In this document: one piece after another, positions 29,168 through 38,994 of the stretch
How the letters are laid out: each line of letters starts with the position of its first letter
How positions within the stretch are numbered: the stretch's first letter is position 1
From: Deltaproteobacteria bacterium
GTDB taxonomy: Bacteria > JAEEML01
Direction of reading: 5' to 3'
Assembly: GCA_016283195.1 (NCBI GenBank)
Contig: JAEEML010000040.1
Coordinates: 1-40,905 of the forward strand
DNA: 40,905 nt
Translations under genes and position numbers: made by a program
The notes under the pieces: model-generated
Database searches by the model: none
Seen by the model: the letters and a program-made list of their open reading frames with translations, nothing else
Told to the model about the DNA's origin: nothing

Positions 29168-29392
29168 TTATTCCTGCCGGTTATAATCTCTCACAATGCC
29201 GATAATAATGAGTGCCGCGCAAATAGTGGCAAAGATAAAAGCTCCCACCTGGCACCAGGGCGCCAGGCCGTAATGGCTATCGAGACGCCCGCCCAGATAG
29301 ACAAAAAGGCCGTAAATAAGCCCCAGTTCCAGGCCGATGGAGCTGTAGCGTAGAGCCAGATTCCACATCTTTTTGTCATCTTTATCAGTCAT
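29168..29392 (-). CDS. AtpZ/AtpI family small membrane protein
   Basis: YSSIGLELG..G..LD..YG..PW pattern with two TM helices; not followed by other atp genes. Confidence 0.75.
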   Translation of the reverse strand: MTDKDDKKMWNLALRYSSIGLELGLIYGLFVYLGGRLDSHYGLAPWCQVGAFIFATICAALIIIGIVRDYNRQE

Positions 29393-29419
29393 AGCAAGCT
29401 CGCCAGATTTCCGCTTTCT

Positions 29420-31414
29420 TTATGGCGTGTGTTTTCCCAGGCCGGCTGCGGCGGCACTTACACAGCCAAGCGGTTTTTTCTGCCACTCGCTGGCAAAGTT
29501 TTCTTTGCTGCTGAAAGTGGGAGAAGCCCCAAAACCTTTAGCCCGCTCTACCGAAGCTTCGCGGTAATTCCAATAAAAATCGCTGGAGCCGTCAGTGGGC
29601 GGAGCGCCGTAAATATCGAGTAAAAGATCATTTTGGTCAAAAAGGCCGATTATGTCGTCGCCGTTTATATAAAAATTTTTAAGAGGTAAATCCGGCGTAT
29701 ATTTTTGGCCGCTCTCATCAATATAAGGTAAGCCGATAACCATGGCGCTTTTGGGGGCTAAAGAGCTGCCGTCGGCCAGGGCAATTTCGCTGCTCCAGGA
29801 AAGGCCGCTCTCTTTGTCCGGATTCATAACGGCTCTTATTTTAAAGCCGCCAAGCATGATTGTCACCGGGCAATTATTGTAAATCTCTATTGCCTTGGGT
29901 GTCTTTTGGCGGCAGGAACCGGAAGTAACCTGGCTGATGAATAAATCACCGGCAGCGCAGGGATCCTTGGCTTTTGGGGTGAACCAGTCGCTTATTATCT
30001 CGCGATCCCGGCACTCTTTGGCATGGGCTCTTACTTTAAAGCGGTATTTTTCCGGAGCGGCTTTTTGGCTCTGCCAAAAGGTGGTATTAGAGGGCAAAGC
30101 GGCTGCATATTCCAGCGAGGAACCATCGGCCGCTATCAAGGCAAGGTCATAAGAATCGGCCAGTGGAATTGGCTCTACTTTGACGCTTACTGCCCGCCCC
30201 GCGGAGCTCCCCAGGTGCGTGAGGGAAAAAGCGGCTTTTGCAAAAATGGCACAGCGTTCCTCGGCGGTAATGCGCCCGCTGACACTAAAATCGGAGCTAC
30301 TAAGATAAATAAGCGGCAGATCTTTTTCTAAGGCGAGCGGCAGAGGGGCGCTCTCAAAAATCATCCCGGCCTCGGGCAGTGTTTTTAGATACTGTTTTTC
30401 CGGCAGGCTGACTATTAGATCATGATTATCTCCGTAGCTAGCCAGCCAGCGGCGCCCACCGGTGATGAGCGGGCGGATAAATACGGCTTTAAAGCTAAAT
30501 AATTTGCCAAAATCATCAGCGGTGAATGTTCTGGCACTATCGGCGGTTATTTTTTGGATAAAAGGGGCAAGATCATGGTGGAGTGAGTCATTTGCTGCCA
30601 GCCTGGCTTTGGCGCTGCTGATGTAATTTATGCCCTCATGAGTGTACATTTTATTAAATTGTAGGGAGATAATATTGCCCGGGGCAACATTGTTAAACTC
30701 GCGGTTATGTTTTAAATCGACAGCAATGGCCGGCCCTTCCGGCGAATGTTGCAAATAGAGCATATTCATCCGCTTGTCCAAATGGGTAACCAGCACGCGA
30801 TCGAGAAAGCCTTTATACCCGCCGCTTGGGCGCTTTTTTAAGAGGTCGATGGTGTCGCTGCATTTGTCGGTTAAGCAGATGCGCTCAGTATCGGCGCAGT
30901 TTATTGCCTCTGCTGCCTCTTCCGGAAAGAGGCAAACCGGGCGGTGATCCTGCACTTGGCAGCGGCCGGTGGTTTTTTTTAAAGTCAGGCGGTCGGCCAG
31001 GCATTGGCTTATTGTATCGCAGGGATTGGGTGTGCAGGGGTCGTATTTTGGTGTGCAGCCCTGTCTGGCGGCGCAATCGGGGTCAAAACAATCGATTTTG
31101 CCGTCAAGGTCATTATCTATGCCGTCAAAGCAGTGTATTTCGCGGCCGCGCTCTTTGGTGCAGGCGTCATTTAAATAGCAATCCTCATCCTCACAATCTG
31201 TTCGGCCGTCGCGGTCGTTATCTTTTTTATCGCGGCAATCGGCTTCATAATTCAGTGTGGGCATGGCTTTATCAATAAGAGTGGCCATTTTTTGTTGTGA
31301 GGGCGTGAGTTCCGGCGCAGCCGATTTTTGCCGACAAGCCGGGGCGCCCAAGATAAGAGCCTGAGCAAGAGCTATAGCTAAGGCAGCTTTAAGCAGTTTT
31401 TTTGTAAATATCAT
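29420..31414 (-). CDS. Lipoprotein with DNDxDGxxDCxDxDC Cys/Asp repeats and C-terminal lamin-tail-like domain
   Basis: Lipobox APAC; two Cys/Asp repeats; LFISQV..KAIEIYN..NGDD.IGL..DIYG; SD AAGGAG before ATG 31414. Confidence 0.72.
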   Translation of the reverse strand: MIFTKKLLKAALAIALAQALILGAPACRQKSAAPELTPSQQKMATLIDKAMPTLNYEADCRDKKDNDRDGRTDCEDEDCYLNDACTKERGREIHCFDGIDNDLDGKIDCFDPDCAARQGCTPKYDPCTPNPCDTISQCLADRLTLKKTTGRCQVQDHRPVCLFPEEAAEAINCADTERICLTDKCSDTIDLLKKRPSGGYKGFLDRVLVTHLDKRMNMLYLQHSPEGPAIAVDLKHNREFNNVAPGNIISLQFNKMYTHEGINYISSAKARLAANDSLHHDLAPFIQKITADSARTFTADDFGKLFSFKAVFIRPLITGGRRWLASYGDNHDLIVSLPEKQYLKTLPEAGMIFESAPLPLALEKDLPLIYLSSSDFSVSGRITAEERCAIFAKAAFSLTHLGSSAGRAVSVKVEPIPLADSYDLALIAADGSSLEYAAALPSNTTFWQSQKAAPEKYRFKVRAHAKECRDREIISDWFTPKAKDPCAAGDLFISQVTSGSCRQKTPKAIEIYNNCPVTIMLGGFKIRAVMNPDKESGLSWSSEIALADGSSLAPKSAMVIGLPYIDESGQKYTPDLPLKNFYINGDDIIGLFDQNDLLLDIYGAPPTDGSSDFYWNYREASVERAKGFGASPTFSSKENFASEWQKKPLGCVSAAAAGLGKHTP

Positions 31415-31573
31415 GGCGCTTCTCCTTTGGCGCAAGATTGCCGGGAAGTACTATATTCCCACTTTTTTTAGCAATAAAGGAAAAATTATTAAAGAGAACT
31501 CTGGACAACGATATGAAGTTGTGCTATAGAGCCTGCGCCCGCCATGAAGGCGGTTTGTTATGAGGTGAAGAAA

Positions 31574-31690
31574 ATGGCTGTTTCCAAAAGTAAACAAAAA
31601 CGGATGCGTATGGTTCGCAAACAAAAAGCTAAAGCTCTGGACAAAAGGCACAAAGAGGCCGTAAAAGCCCTGAAAGCGGCTAAAGCATAA
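31574..31690 (+). CDS. Small basic 38-aa protein
   Basis: MAVSKSKQKRMRMVRKQKAKALDKRHKEAVKALKAAKA; SD GAGGTG; TGGACA-17-TATAGA at 31502-31530. Confidence 0.7.
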   Translation: MAVSKSKQKRMRMVRKQKAKALDKRHKEAVKALKAAKA

Positions 31691-31751
31691 ATAAAAATTA
31701 TAAAGCGGCGCCCGGTAGCAGAAAATAGAAGGGTGAGTGTGGCTTACCCTC

Positions 31752-31780
31752 TTGACAAGGCGCTGATTTTAGTCTAAAAT
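31752..31780 (+). promoter_or_regulatory. Sigma70 promoter of rplU-rpmA-obgE
   Basis: TTGACA-17-TAAAAT. Confidence 0.7.
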
Positions 31781-31828
31781 TTCGGCGCTTCATTCGGCAT
31801 GAAGAGCTGATGAGCAATGGAGGATAGT

Positions 31829-32143
31829 ATGTACGCAGTGATCGATACAGGTAGCCACCAACATGTGGTAAAACCGGGTGACCGTATTGTCTTAAATCGC
31901 CATGAGGGCGAGGTTGGCAAAACCGTTACTTTTGACAAAATTCTCATGGTTGCCAAAGACGATGGCAAATATTCCATCGGTACTCCCAAAGTGGAAGGCG
32001 CCACTGTTACCGCCAAAGTGCTCTCTCAGGGCAAAGGCGACAAAGTGCTGGCTTATAAATATCGCCGGCGCAAAAATTATCACCGTCTGGTCGGTCACAG
32101 ACAACCTGTTACCGAGCTGGAAATCACCACTATCAACGCTTAA
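31829..32143 (+). CDS. rplU: 50S ribosomal protein bL21
   Basis: MYAVI..GTP.VEGA.V..KY.RRKNY..GHRQ; SD GGAGG. Confidence 0.97.
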   Translation: MYAVIDTGSHQHVVKPGDRIVLNRHEGEVGKTVTFDKILMVAKDDGKYSIGTPKVEGATVTAKVLSQGKGDKVLAYKYRRRKNYHRLVGHRQPVTELEITTINA

Positions 32144-32165
32144 TTAGTGCTATCGGAGGCTTAAA

Positions 32166-32420
32166 ATGGCTCATAAGAAAGGTCAGGGTTCCTCAAGGAA
32201 CGGTCGTGACAGTAAACCAAAATATCTCGGCGTGAAGCGCGCCGATGGTCAACACATTAATGCCGGCAGCATCATTTTGCGTCAACGGGGCACCAGAATT
32301 CACCCCGGACACAATGTGGGCTTAGGCCGTGATCACACCCTCTATGCCAAAGTTGAAGGCACTGTGAAATTTACCGTCAACAAATTTGGCAAAAAAGAGG
32401 CCATTGTTGTTGTGGCCTGA
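32166..32420 (+). CDS. rpmA: 50S ribosomal protein bL27
   Basis: [21 protein letters not shown]. Confidence 0.99.
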   Translation: MAHKKGQGSSRNGRDSKPKYLGVKRADGQHINAGSIILRQRGTRIHPGHNVGLGRDHTLYAKVEGTVKFTVNKFGKKEAIVVVA

Positions 32421-32489
32421 TAGGCCATTTGCTTTGGCAACTTTGGTTGCCTAGGCTCTTTCCCTCCTCTCTCTATTGCGGATAATATC

Positions 32490-33497
32490 GTGAAATTCAT
32501 TGATGAAGCAGAGATCTATGTCAAAGCCGGCGACGGCGGACGCGGTTGTGTCAGTTTTGAGCGCGAACGTTTTCGCCCCAACGGTGGCCCTAATGGCGGC
32601 GATGGTGGCAACGGCGGCAGTGTAATTATAAAAGCCGATGGTCGTCTCCATTCGCTGCTCGATTTTAAATATGCCCCGCGCCATTTGGCCAAAAACGGCG
32701 AACACGGCATGGGCGGGCAGTGTAATGGGCGTAAAGGCGAGAGCCTTTTATTGAAAGTGCCGGTGGGCACCGTTATTTACGATGCCGATAGCGGCCAGGA
32801 ACTCGCCGATCTCAAAGAAGATGGCGCTGAGATGGTGGCCGCCCAGGGGGGGCGCGGGGGCCTGGGCAATATGAATTTTGCTTCTGCCACCAATCAGGCG
32901 CCGCGCTATGCTCAGCCCGGCACCCCCGGCGAAGAGCGCAATTTGCGCCTCTCTTTGAAATTACTTGCCGATGTGGGGCTAATAGGCCTCCCTAATGTGG
33001 GTAAATCAACGCTCATCTCCTGTATTAGCGCGGCACGGCCCAAAATTGCCGATTATCCTTTTACTACGCTTATTCCCAATCTTGGCGTAGTAAAAATCGA
33101 CGATGAAGCGAGCTTTGTCGTGGCCGATATTCCCGGCCTGGTGCCCGGAGCGCACGCCGGCAAGGGGCTGGGCGACCGCTTTTTAAAGCATGTGGAGCGC
33201 GTGCGCCTCTTGGTGCATTTGGTGACCGTGAGCGAGGATGAGTCGGCCGACCCGCGGAAAGATTTTCGTACTATCAATAAAGAGCTGGCCCTCTTTAGCC
33301 CGCAGCTAGCCGCCCGCCCGCAGCTTTTGGTGCTCTCTAAGACCGATTTGCCCTGGGCCAAAGAGTGGGAAAAGAAGCTTTCTACCTATGCCAAAAGGCA
33401 AAAAATCCCCTTTATGGCCATCAGCGCCCCCACCGGTGCGGGGCTTGATGAGCTCAAAAAGCGCATCTTTAAATTGCTCCAAGAGGCGGCTGACTAA
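32490..33497 (+). CDS. obgE: GTPase ObgE
   Basis: MKFIDEA, Gly-rich Obg fold, GLPNVGKST, DYPFTT, DIPG. Confidence 0.98.
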   Translation: MKFIDEAEIYVKAGDGGRGCVSFERERFRPNGGPNGGDGGNGGSVIIKADGRLHSLLDFKYAPRHLAKNGEHGMGGQCNGRKGESLLLKVPVGTVIYDADSGQELADLKEDGAEMVAAQGGRGGLGNMNFASATNQAPRYAQPGTPGEERNLRLSLKLLADVGLIGLPNVGKSTLISCISAARPKIADYPFTTLIPNLGVVKIDDEASFVVADIPGLVPGAHAGKGLGDRFLKHVERVRLLVHLVTVSEDESADPRKDFRTINKELALFSPQLAARPQLLVLSKTDLPWAKEWEKKLSTYAKRQKIPFMAISAPTGAGLDELKKRIFKLLQEAAD

Positions 33498-33505
33498 TAT
33501 TACCC

Positions 33506-34699
33506 ATGAGCGCATTTTCGCGGAATATTTGGGCCTTTGTGCGCCGTGAAGCTGTTTTTAGCATATCTTTGCTCTTAGCCGCTATAAGCGCCTTTATTGT
33601 GCCGCCAAGTAAGGCCTACCTAGCCTATTTTGATGTTGATACTCTTTTAATTCTCTTTGCCCTGATGGCGGTTATCGCCGCCTTGCGCTCCTGCGACCTT
33701 TTTGAGCAGCTGGGCCTTATTCTCTGCCAAAAATTCGATAACTTGCGTGCTCTCTCTATCGCGCTGATTTTTATGGTCTTTTTTAGCAGTATGCTCATCA
33801 CCAACGATGTGGCCCTCATTACCTTTGTGCCTTTTACCCTGGCCATTTTGGGCGGCCATATTTCCGGGCGCCTATTGATGCTCTTGGTTATTTTGGAAAC
33901 CATTGCCGCCAACACCGGCAGCATGCTCACGCCGCTGGGAAATCCGCAAAATCTTTATCTTTATGAGCAAATGGGCCTTGGACTTTTGCCCTTTGTGACC
34001 ATTATTTTGCCTTATACGCTTTTAAGCGGCCTTTTGCTATTTATAAGTGCGCTTTTTATCCCTAAACACTCTTTGGCCACCTCTTGGGCTCTAGCTTTGG
34101 AGAAGGCTGTAGCGCCGCAGGTGCGCTCCTTACACCTTGGCCGCTTTTCCGTTAATCTGGGCAAAAAAGAGCTGATAGTTATTTATTCTTTGCTTTTTCT
34201 TTTGGCTATACTGGCCGTTTTGCGCCTTGTGCCAAAAATTGTGGCTGCCGCCGTTACTTTGGCGGTATTACTTATATTTGATAAAAAAGTATTAAAAACA
34301 GTGGATTACTTTTTGCTTTTAACTTTTGTCTTCTTCTTTATCTTTACCGGGAACTTGGCCGCTCTTAATGAGGTGCACCGGTTCTTTGCAGAAATAATAG
34401 GCGGCCATGAGTTTTTAACGGCGCTTTTAACCAGTCAGGTGATAAGTAATGTGCCGGCTACCTTGCTCCTCTATCCTTTTGCTGCCGATAAAGAGGCTCT
34501 GCTTTTGGGCGTTGATGTTGGCGGGCTCGGCACTTTGGTGGCTTCTTTAGCCAGCCTTATTTCTTACAAATATTATGCGGCGGCAGCCAAAAAAATGGCT
34601 GCCCCTTCGGGCCTCCAATATCTAGCCTATTTTACGCTGGCTAATTTGCTGGCCCTTGGCCTGCTCATGAACCTTTATTATTTCTTTGCTACTGGCTGA
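33506..34699 (+). CDS. SLC13/CitMHS/ArsB-NhaD-type anion permease
   Basis: SMLITNDVAL, AANTGSMLTPLGNPQNL, SQVISNVPA, GGLGTLVASLAS. Confidence 0.85.
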   Translation: MSAFSRNIWAFVRREAVFSISLLLAAISAFIVPPSKAYLAYFDVDTLLILFALMAVIAALRSCDLFEQLGLILCQKFDNLRALSIALIFMVFFSSMLITNDVALITFVPFTLAILGGHISGRLLMLLVILETIAANTGSMLTPLGNPQNLYLYEQMGLGLLPFVTIILPYTLLSGLLLFISALFIPKHSLATSWALALEKAVAPQVRSLHLGRFSVNLGKKELIVIYSLLFLLAILAVLRLVPKIVAAAVTLAVLLIFDKKVLKTVDYFLLLTFVFFFIFTGNLAALNEVHRFFAEIIGGHEFLTALLTSQVISNVPATLLLYPFAADKEALLLGVDVGGLGTLVASLASLISYKYYAAAAKKMAAPSGLQYLAYFTLANLLALGLLMNLYYFFATG

Positions 34700-34774
34700 C
34701 ACATTTGGTCTTTATTATTGTTTATAATATGTGCTATAAGGCGTTTCGTTATGCCGTTGTGAGCGGAGTTAGGC

Positions 34775-35200
34775 ATGAGTATTAATAGAAATAGCGTAGA
34801 TTATGACAATATTTCCGAATCAACCCGGATGGTATCTCTTTCCAGTATTGGCCCGGATTTGGCAGAGAGCGCGCCGCAGAGTTTTAAAATTGACCCATTG
34901 CCACCTAATTACAAACCCAGTTTGGAGATTATTGAAGGGCCGCATGCCGGCCAAATATTCAAAATCGAAAAGCCGATGGTTATTTTGGGGCGGGTTTCCG
35001 ATGTAGCTGATATCGTGATTCCCTGCGCCTCGGCTTCGCGTTCGCACGCTTCGATAACTTTTAGAAAAGGGCAGTTTTATATTTCGGACCTTGGCTCTAC
35101 CAACGGCACTCAGGTAGATGGCAAAATGGTTAGCGAAGCCCCGCTCTCCTTAGGCTCACGCATTACCATAGGCGACAATGTCTTTATTTTTACATATTAA
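34775..35200 (+). CDS. FHA domain protein
   Basis: LGR..SRSHA..DLGSTNGT.VDG. Confidence 0.9.
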   Translation: MSINRNSVDYDNISESTRMVSLSSIGPDLAESAPQSFKIDPLPPNYKPSLEIIEGPHAGQIFKIEKPMVILGRVSDVADIVIPCASASRSHASITFRKGQFYISDLGSTNGTQVDGKMVSEAPLSLGSRITIGDNVFIFTY

Positions 35201-36095
35201 AATAATCATTTTTTTTCTTAGCTTTTTAGCTTTTTCCGCCTGCCAAACGAGTGATGTGGCGCCGCAGCAAAATATTAAGCAGCCGGAAGCTAGGCGCTCC
35301 GGGCGAGTGCAGCTTTTGCCGCCGGTCAAAAATATAAAAACCTTGCAAATCAGTGTTGACGGTTCTTCCTGGGCAACAGTTAAGAGGGTAGGTAAACACT
35401 TTGTTGCGCCGGATGGCCATTATTATAATTTTCTTTTTGAGCCGCTTATAAGCGATACTCTGGATCTCAATATCGAGCTGGGCCAAAAAATGCCCACCGG
35501 GGCAGTGCCGGGCCGCAAACTCTCGATAAAGGCGCAGGTAAAAGACGGTTCTACTTTAGAATATCAATTTCAGGAGACAGAAAGCGGCCTTTACGGCGGA
35601 AGTGCTTATGAAAAAGGGCTTTTGCACTGGCCGCCATCTTTTTGGGACGATTGGCGGGAAGTAGCGAAAAAAGATAATAAATATATTGATTACCGCTTTT
35701 TTCATTTTGATATTTCTCAGGCTGTGGCTCTTAGTATAACCAGCGAGACCATGAAATATACTTGGGATTTAAAGGCCCTTAATAAAACGACTCCCAATTC
35801 CAATGCCCTTCTTTATCAAATAAACGCTCTGGCCCCAGAGGTGCCGTGGCAAACCAGGGAAAATTGCCCATCTTCCAAAAAGCAACTGCGCACGGTTATG
35901 ATTAAGGGCGCCGGCGGAGTTACACTGGCTAAATTGGAATTATGCATAGATAATGGCCGCCTTTGGGGTAAAGCCGGGGAGGGTGACTTTTACCTTTTGC
36001 CAAACCAGAGCTCAAGGCTGGTGGGACTGATTATAGTTTTAGTGCGGGAGGGTGGCGAAACGGCCGCTCTTATGGAGCAAATAAGTGAAAATTGA
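35178..36095 (+). CDS. Hypothetical lipoprotein
   Basis: Signal peptide with FSAC lipobox; overlaps both neighbours. Confidence 0.7.
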   Translation: MSLFLHIKIIIFFLSFLAFSACQTSDVAPQQNIKQPEARRSGRVQLLPPVKNIKTLQISVDGSSWATVKRVGKHFVAPDGHYYNFLFEPLISDTLDLNIELGQKMPTGAVPGRKLSIKAQVKDGSTLEYQFQETESGLYGGSAYEKGLLHWPPSFWDDWREVAKKDNKYIDYRFFHFDISQAVALSITSETMKYTWDLKALNKTTPNSNALLYQINALAPEVPWQTRENCPSSKKQLRTVMIKGAGGVTLAKLELCIDNGRLWGKAGEGDFYLLPNQSSRLVGLIIVLVREGGETAALMEQISEN

Positions 36096-36882
36096 CCGCA
36101 AATTGCACCGCGAAAGTCATTATGAGGACAAAATCCGGCCGCTGAAAGAGGAAGACCCGCTGAAAAGAGCCCGCCGCCTTGTGGAAAATACCATCGGTAC
36201 CTGGCCGGAAGAGATATTGGGCTACAAATTTAAAGATAATACGCTCTTACTTTCGGCTCTTACCCACACCTCGTTTTATAACGAATCACACCCGCCGTGG
36301 ATTCACTATCAGCGCCTGGAATTTTTGGGCGATGCCGTACTGGAATATATTTCCAGCGAATATTTATATAATAAATACCCTGATATACCTGAAGGTGTGC
36401 TCACTAAAAAACGGGTAGCTATGGTGCGCGAAGAGGCCTTTGCCGGCCTCGCCCAAAAGTGGAATCTTTCGGCCTATATTTTGGTGGGGCGCGGCGATAT
36501 TGCTTTAAAGCAGGCGCGTCTGCCCTCTATTATGGCCGATGTGGTGGAGGCCATTTGCGCCGCTATTTACCTCGATGGCGGCCTTGATGAACTTAAAAGT
36601 CGCATATTGCCCTGGCTTAAAGAGCTTGATGTGGAAGCGAGCGCCGCCATTACCGATTATAAAACTATTTTGCAAGAAAAAATTCAGCCTTTGGGGCTTG
36701 GTACCCCCACTTATCATATAGCCAGCCAAAGCGGCCCGGCTCATAATCCCACTTTTACTGTGGAAGTTACGGCCGGTGAGCACTGGCGGGCCAGCGGCAC
36801 CGGACATTCGGTAAAAGCGGCCGGCCATGAAGCAGCCAAAGCCCTGCTCAGAATTTTGGAAAAAGAAGAAAGTGAGAAATAA
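36085..36882 (+). CDS. rnc: Ribonuclease III
   Basis: ALTHTS, QRLEFLGDAVL, ADVVEA..AIYLDGG, dsRBD (DYKT.LQE, GPAHNPTF). Start uncertain. Confidence 0.96.
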   Translation: MKIDRKLHRESHYEDKIRPLKEEDPLKRARRLVENTIGTWPEEILGYKFKDNTLLLSALTHTSFYNESHPPWIHYQRLEFLGDAVLEYISSEYLYNKYPDIPEGVLTKKRVAMVREEAFAGLAQKWNLSAYILVGRGDIALKQARLPSIMADVVEAICAAIYLDGGLDELKSRILPWLKELDVEASAAITDYKTILQEKIQPLGLGTPTYHIASQSGPAHNPTFTVEVTAGEHWRASGTGHSVKAAGHEAAKALLRILEKEESEK

Positions 36883-36883
36883 G

Positions 36884-37867
36884 ATGGCCGATTTAGAGCA
36901 AGAAAACGAAAACGCTGAAAGTACAGCTTTAAAACAGCTAAAACATGTGGGCACGGTGGCTATCATCGGTGTACCTAATGTGGGCAAATCAACACTGCTC
37001 AATAATATTATGGGCATGAAGCTCTCCATTACTTGTAAAAAGCCGCAGACCACGAGAAACCAAGTGCGCGGTATTTTGGAGCGCCCCGGCGCCCAAGTGG
37101 TATTTATTGATACTCCCGGTATTCACGCTTCCGATAAAAAGCTCAACCGCTATATGGTGCAAAATGCCGTTATGGCTATGGAAGAGGCTGATTTGGTGTT
37201 GGTGCTTAGTGATTTCTTGCCGAAAAGTGCCGAGCTGCCGCCGGATTGCGATTTAGGTATTAAGCCGCTTTTAAGCCACCTGGCAAAGCTTTCCTCGCCG
37301 GTTATTCTGGCTCTCAATAAGGTGGACAGGCTGGAAGATAAAAGGCTCCTTTTGCCGGTGATGAATGCTCTCGCAAAGCGCTTTAATTTTAAAGATATTT
37401 ATCCCATAAGCGCTCTTAAAAGCGATGGCGTTGAAGCGCTTCTTGAGGGCATTATTGCCAATTTGCCGGCCGGTTATCCGCTCTTTGCCGCCGGTACTTA
37501 TACCGATATTACCGAGCGCTTTTTAGCTGCGGAAATTATCCGCGAAAAGCTGATGAGCCACACCCAGCAGGAAGTGCCTTATTCCAGCGCGGTAACCATC
37601 GACTCTTTTGAAGATAAACGCGAGCAGGAAAAACCTTTGGTGCACATTGCGGCCTCCATTATAGTGGAGCGCGATTCGCAAAAGGCTATAGTTATCGGCA
37701 AGGGCGGCAGTATGATTCGTGCCATTGGCACAGCAGCTCGCCGCGAGCTGGAAGAGATGCTGGAGAGCCGCGTTTATCTCGATCTCATGGTGAAAGTGGC
37801 CGAGAAGTGGACACAGGATAGCTCCATGCTGGCCCGGCTTGGTTATTTTTCGCCTGAGGTACCGTAA
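36884..37867 (+). CDS. era: GTPase Era
   Basis: GVPNVGKST, KPQTTR, DTPG, NKVD, EIIREK, VIGKGG; start taken as ATG 36884. Confidence 0.97.
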   Translation: MADLEQENENAESTALKQLKHVGTVAIIGVPNVGKSTLLNNIMGMKLSITCKKPQTTRNQVRGILERPGAQVVFIDTPGIHASDKKLNRYMVQNAVMAMEEADLVLVLSDFLPKSAELPPDCDLGIKPLLSHLAKLSSPVILALNKVDRLEDKRLLLPVMNALAKRFNFKDIYPISALKSDGVEALLEGIIANLPAGYPLFAAGTYTDITERFLAAEIIREKLMSHTQQEVPYSSAVTIDSFEDKREQEKPLVHIAASIIVERDSQKAIVIGKGGSMIRAIGTAARRELEEMLESRVYLDLMVKVAEKWTQDSSMLARLGYFSPEVP

Positions 37868-37878
37868 AAGAGGGCATA

Positions 37879-38571
37879 ATGGCTAAAATACTTCTGGTGG
37901 AAGATGAACTTTCCATCGCTCGCGGGCTCATTTTCAATCTTGAGGCCGAGGATTATGCGGTAAAACATGTCACTATGGCCGAAGAAGCCCTTTTAATCTA
38001 TGAAAAATATGATCTTATTATTCTTGATTTGATGTTGCCTGGCATGAGTGGCTATGAGTTTTTGCGTGAAGTGCGCAGCCATGATTTTCGCCTGCCGGTG
38101 CTGATTCTTTCGGCTATGTCCGGTGACGAAGCCGTAGTTAAGGGGCTGGAGCTTGGAGCCGATGATTATGTGATAAAGCCCTTTTCGCTGGCCCAGCTCT
38201 TGCTCCGCATTAAGCGCCTAATTTTGCGCAGCCAGTGGGCGCCGAGAGAAATAGAGAGCCTTAAATATTATAATGTAAACGGCTATCATGTTGATTTTGA
38301 TAACTTTTTAGCCATAAAAGAAGAGAGCGGCGAAAAGGTGGTATTAACCCAGTTTGAAGCTGGGCTTCTGCGCTATCTTATTGCTCACAAAAACCAGGTT
38401 GTTACGCGTGAAGAGCTTTTAAGTGAGGTATGGGGCTATGAAAACCCCCCTTCGGAGACGCGCACAGTGGATATTTTTATGGGCCGATTGCGCAAAATTT
38501 TTGAAGAAAATGCCCGCGCGCCGCGTCACTTTTTGAGCATCCGTGGTGCCGGTTATAAGTTTGAAGAATAA
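37879..38571 (+). CDS. OmpR/PhoB family response regulator (no adjacent kinase)
   Basis: ILLVEDE, LDLMLP, GADDYVIKPF, winged helix RTVD..RLRK..RGAGY. Confidence 0.95.
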   Translation: MAKILLVEDELSIARGLIFNLEAEDYAVKHVTMAEEALLIYEKYDLIILDLMLPGMSGYEFLREVRSHDFRLPVLILSAMSGDEAVVKGLELGADDYVIKPFSLAQLLLRIKRLILRSQWAPREIESLKYYNVNGYHVDFDNFLAIKEESGEKVVLTQFEAGLLRYLIAHKNQVVTREELLSEVWGYENPPSETRTVDIFMGRLRKIFEENARAPRHFLSIRGAGYKFEE

Positions 38572-38595
38572 AAAAAAGCCCTCTTCCGAGGGCTT
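38570..38595. terminator. Terminator hairpin between the response regulator and tRNA-fMet
   Basis: AAGCCCTC-TTCC-GAGGGCTT preceded by an A run (U-tract for the minus strand). Confidence 0.8.
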
Positions 38596-38606
38596 AAATT
38601 TAAATT

Positions 38607-38683
<77 letters not shown>

Positions 38684-38837
38684 GCTCTGGCAGCCCTATA
38701 AATCTAGTTAGCTAAAAAGTCAAGCCCTTTTTTGTCTTAAAAATGTATTGCAAATGCTTCCGCACATTGTTACCATTCCCTTTGCCCTCTTTTATGGGGC
38801 AGCATATAGGGGCGTATATGTTGGCACATAAATTGCA

Positions 38838-38868
<31 letters not shown>

Positions 38869-38994
38869 TATGCGTTAACAGCCTTTTCTTGGCTGCCCGT
38901 TTCCTTTTTCTTCAAAAAAATACCCATAAAATCAATCAATTTCCGTTTTGGCAATCAAGCGGTGCAGTTGCCGCTTTGTTAAAGGAGAAATAGT

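Larger units (their letters stand above)
25000..29185. mobile_element. Integrase-less genomic islet inserted at the 3' end of an atpZ/atpI-like gene
   Basis: Perfect 17-bp direct repeat TATTCCTGCCGGTTATA at 25000-25016 and 29169-29185; interior visibly AT-richer; six accessory genes. Confidence 0.8.

Noticed and set aside
25000-29185. Integron cassette array (AAC..GTT boxes at boundaries; TCTAAC/GTTAGA motifs)
   Set aside because: Inverted repeats are shorter than attC sites, genes lie on both strands, the motifs sit in promoter regions, and there is no intI.
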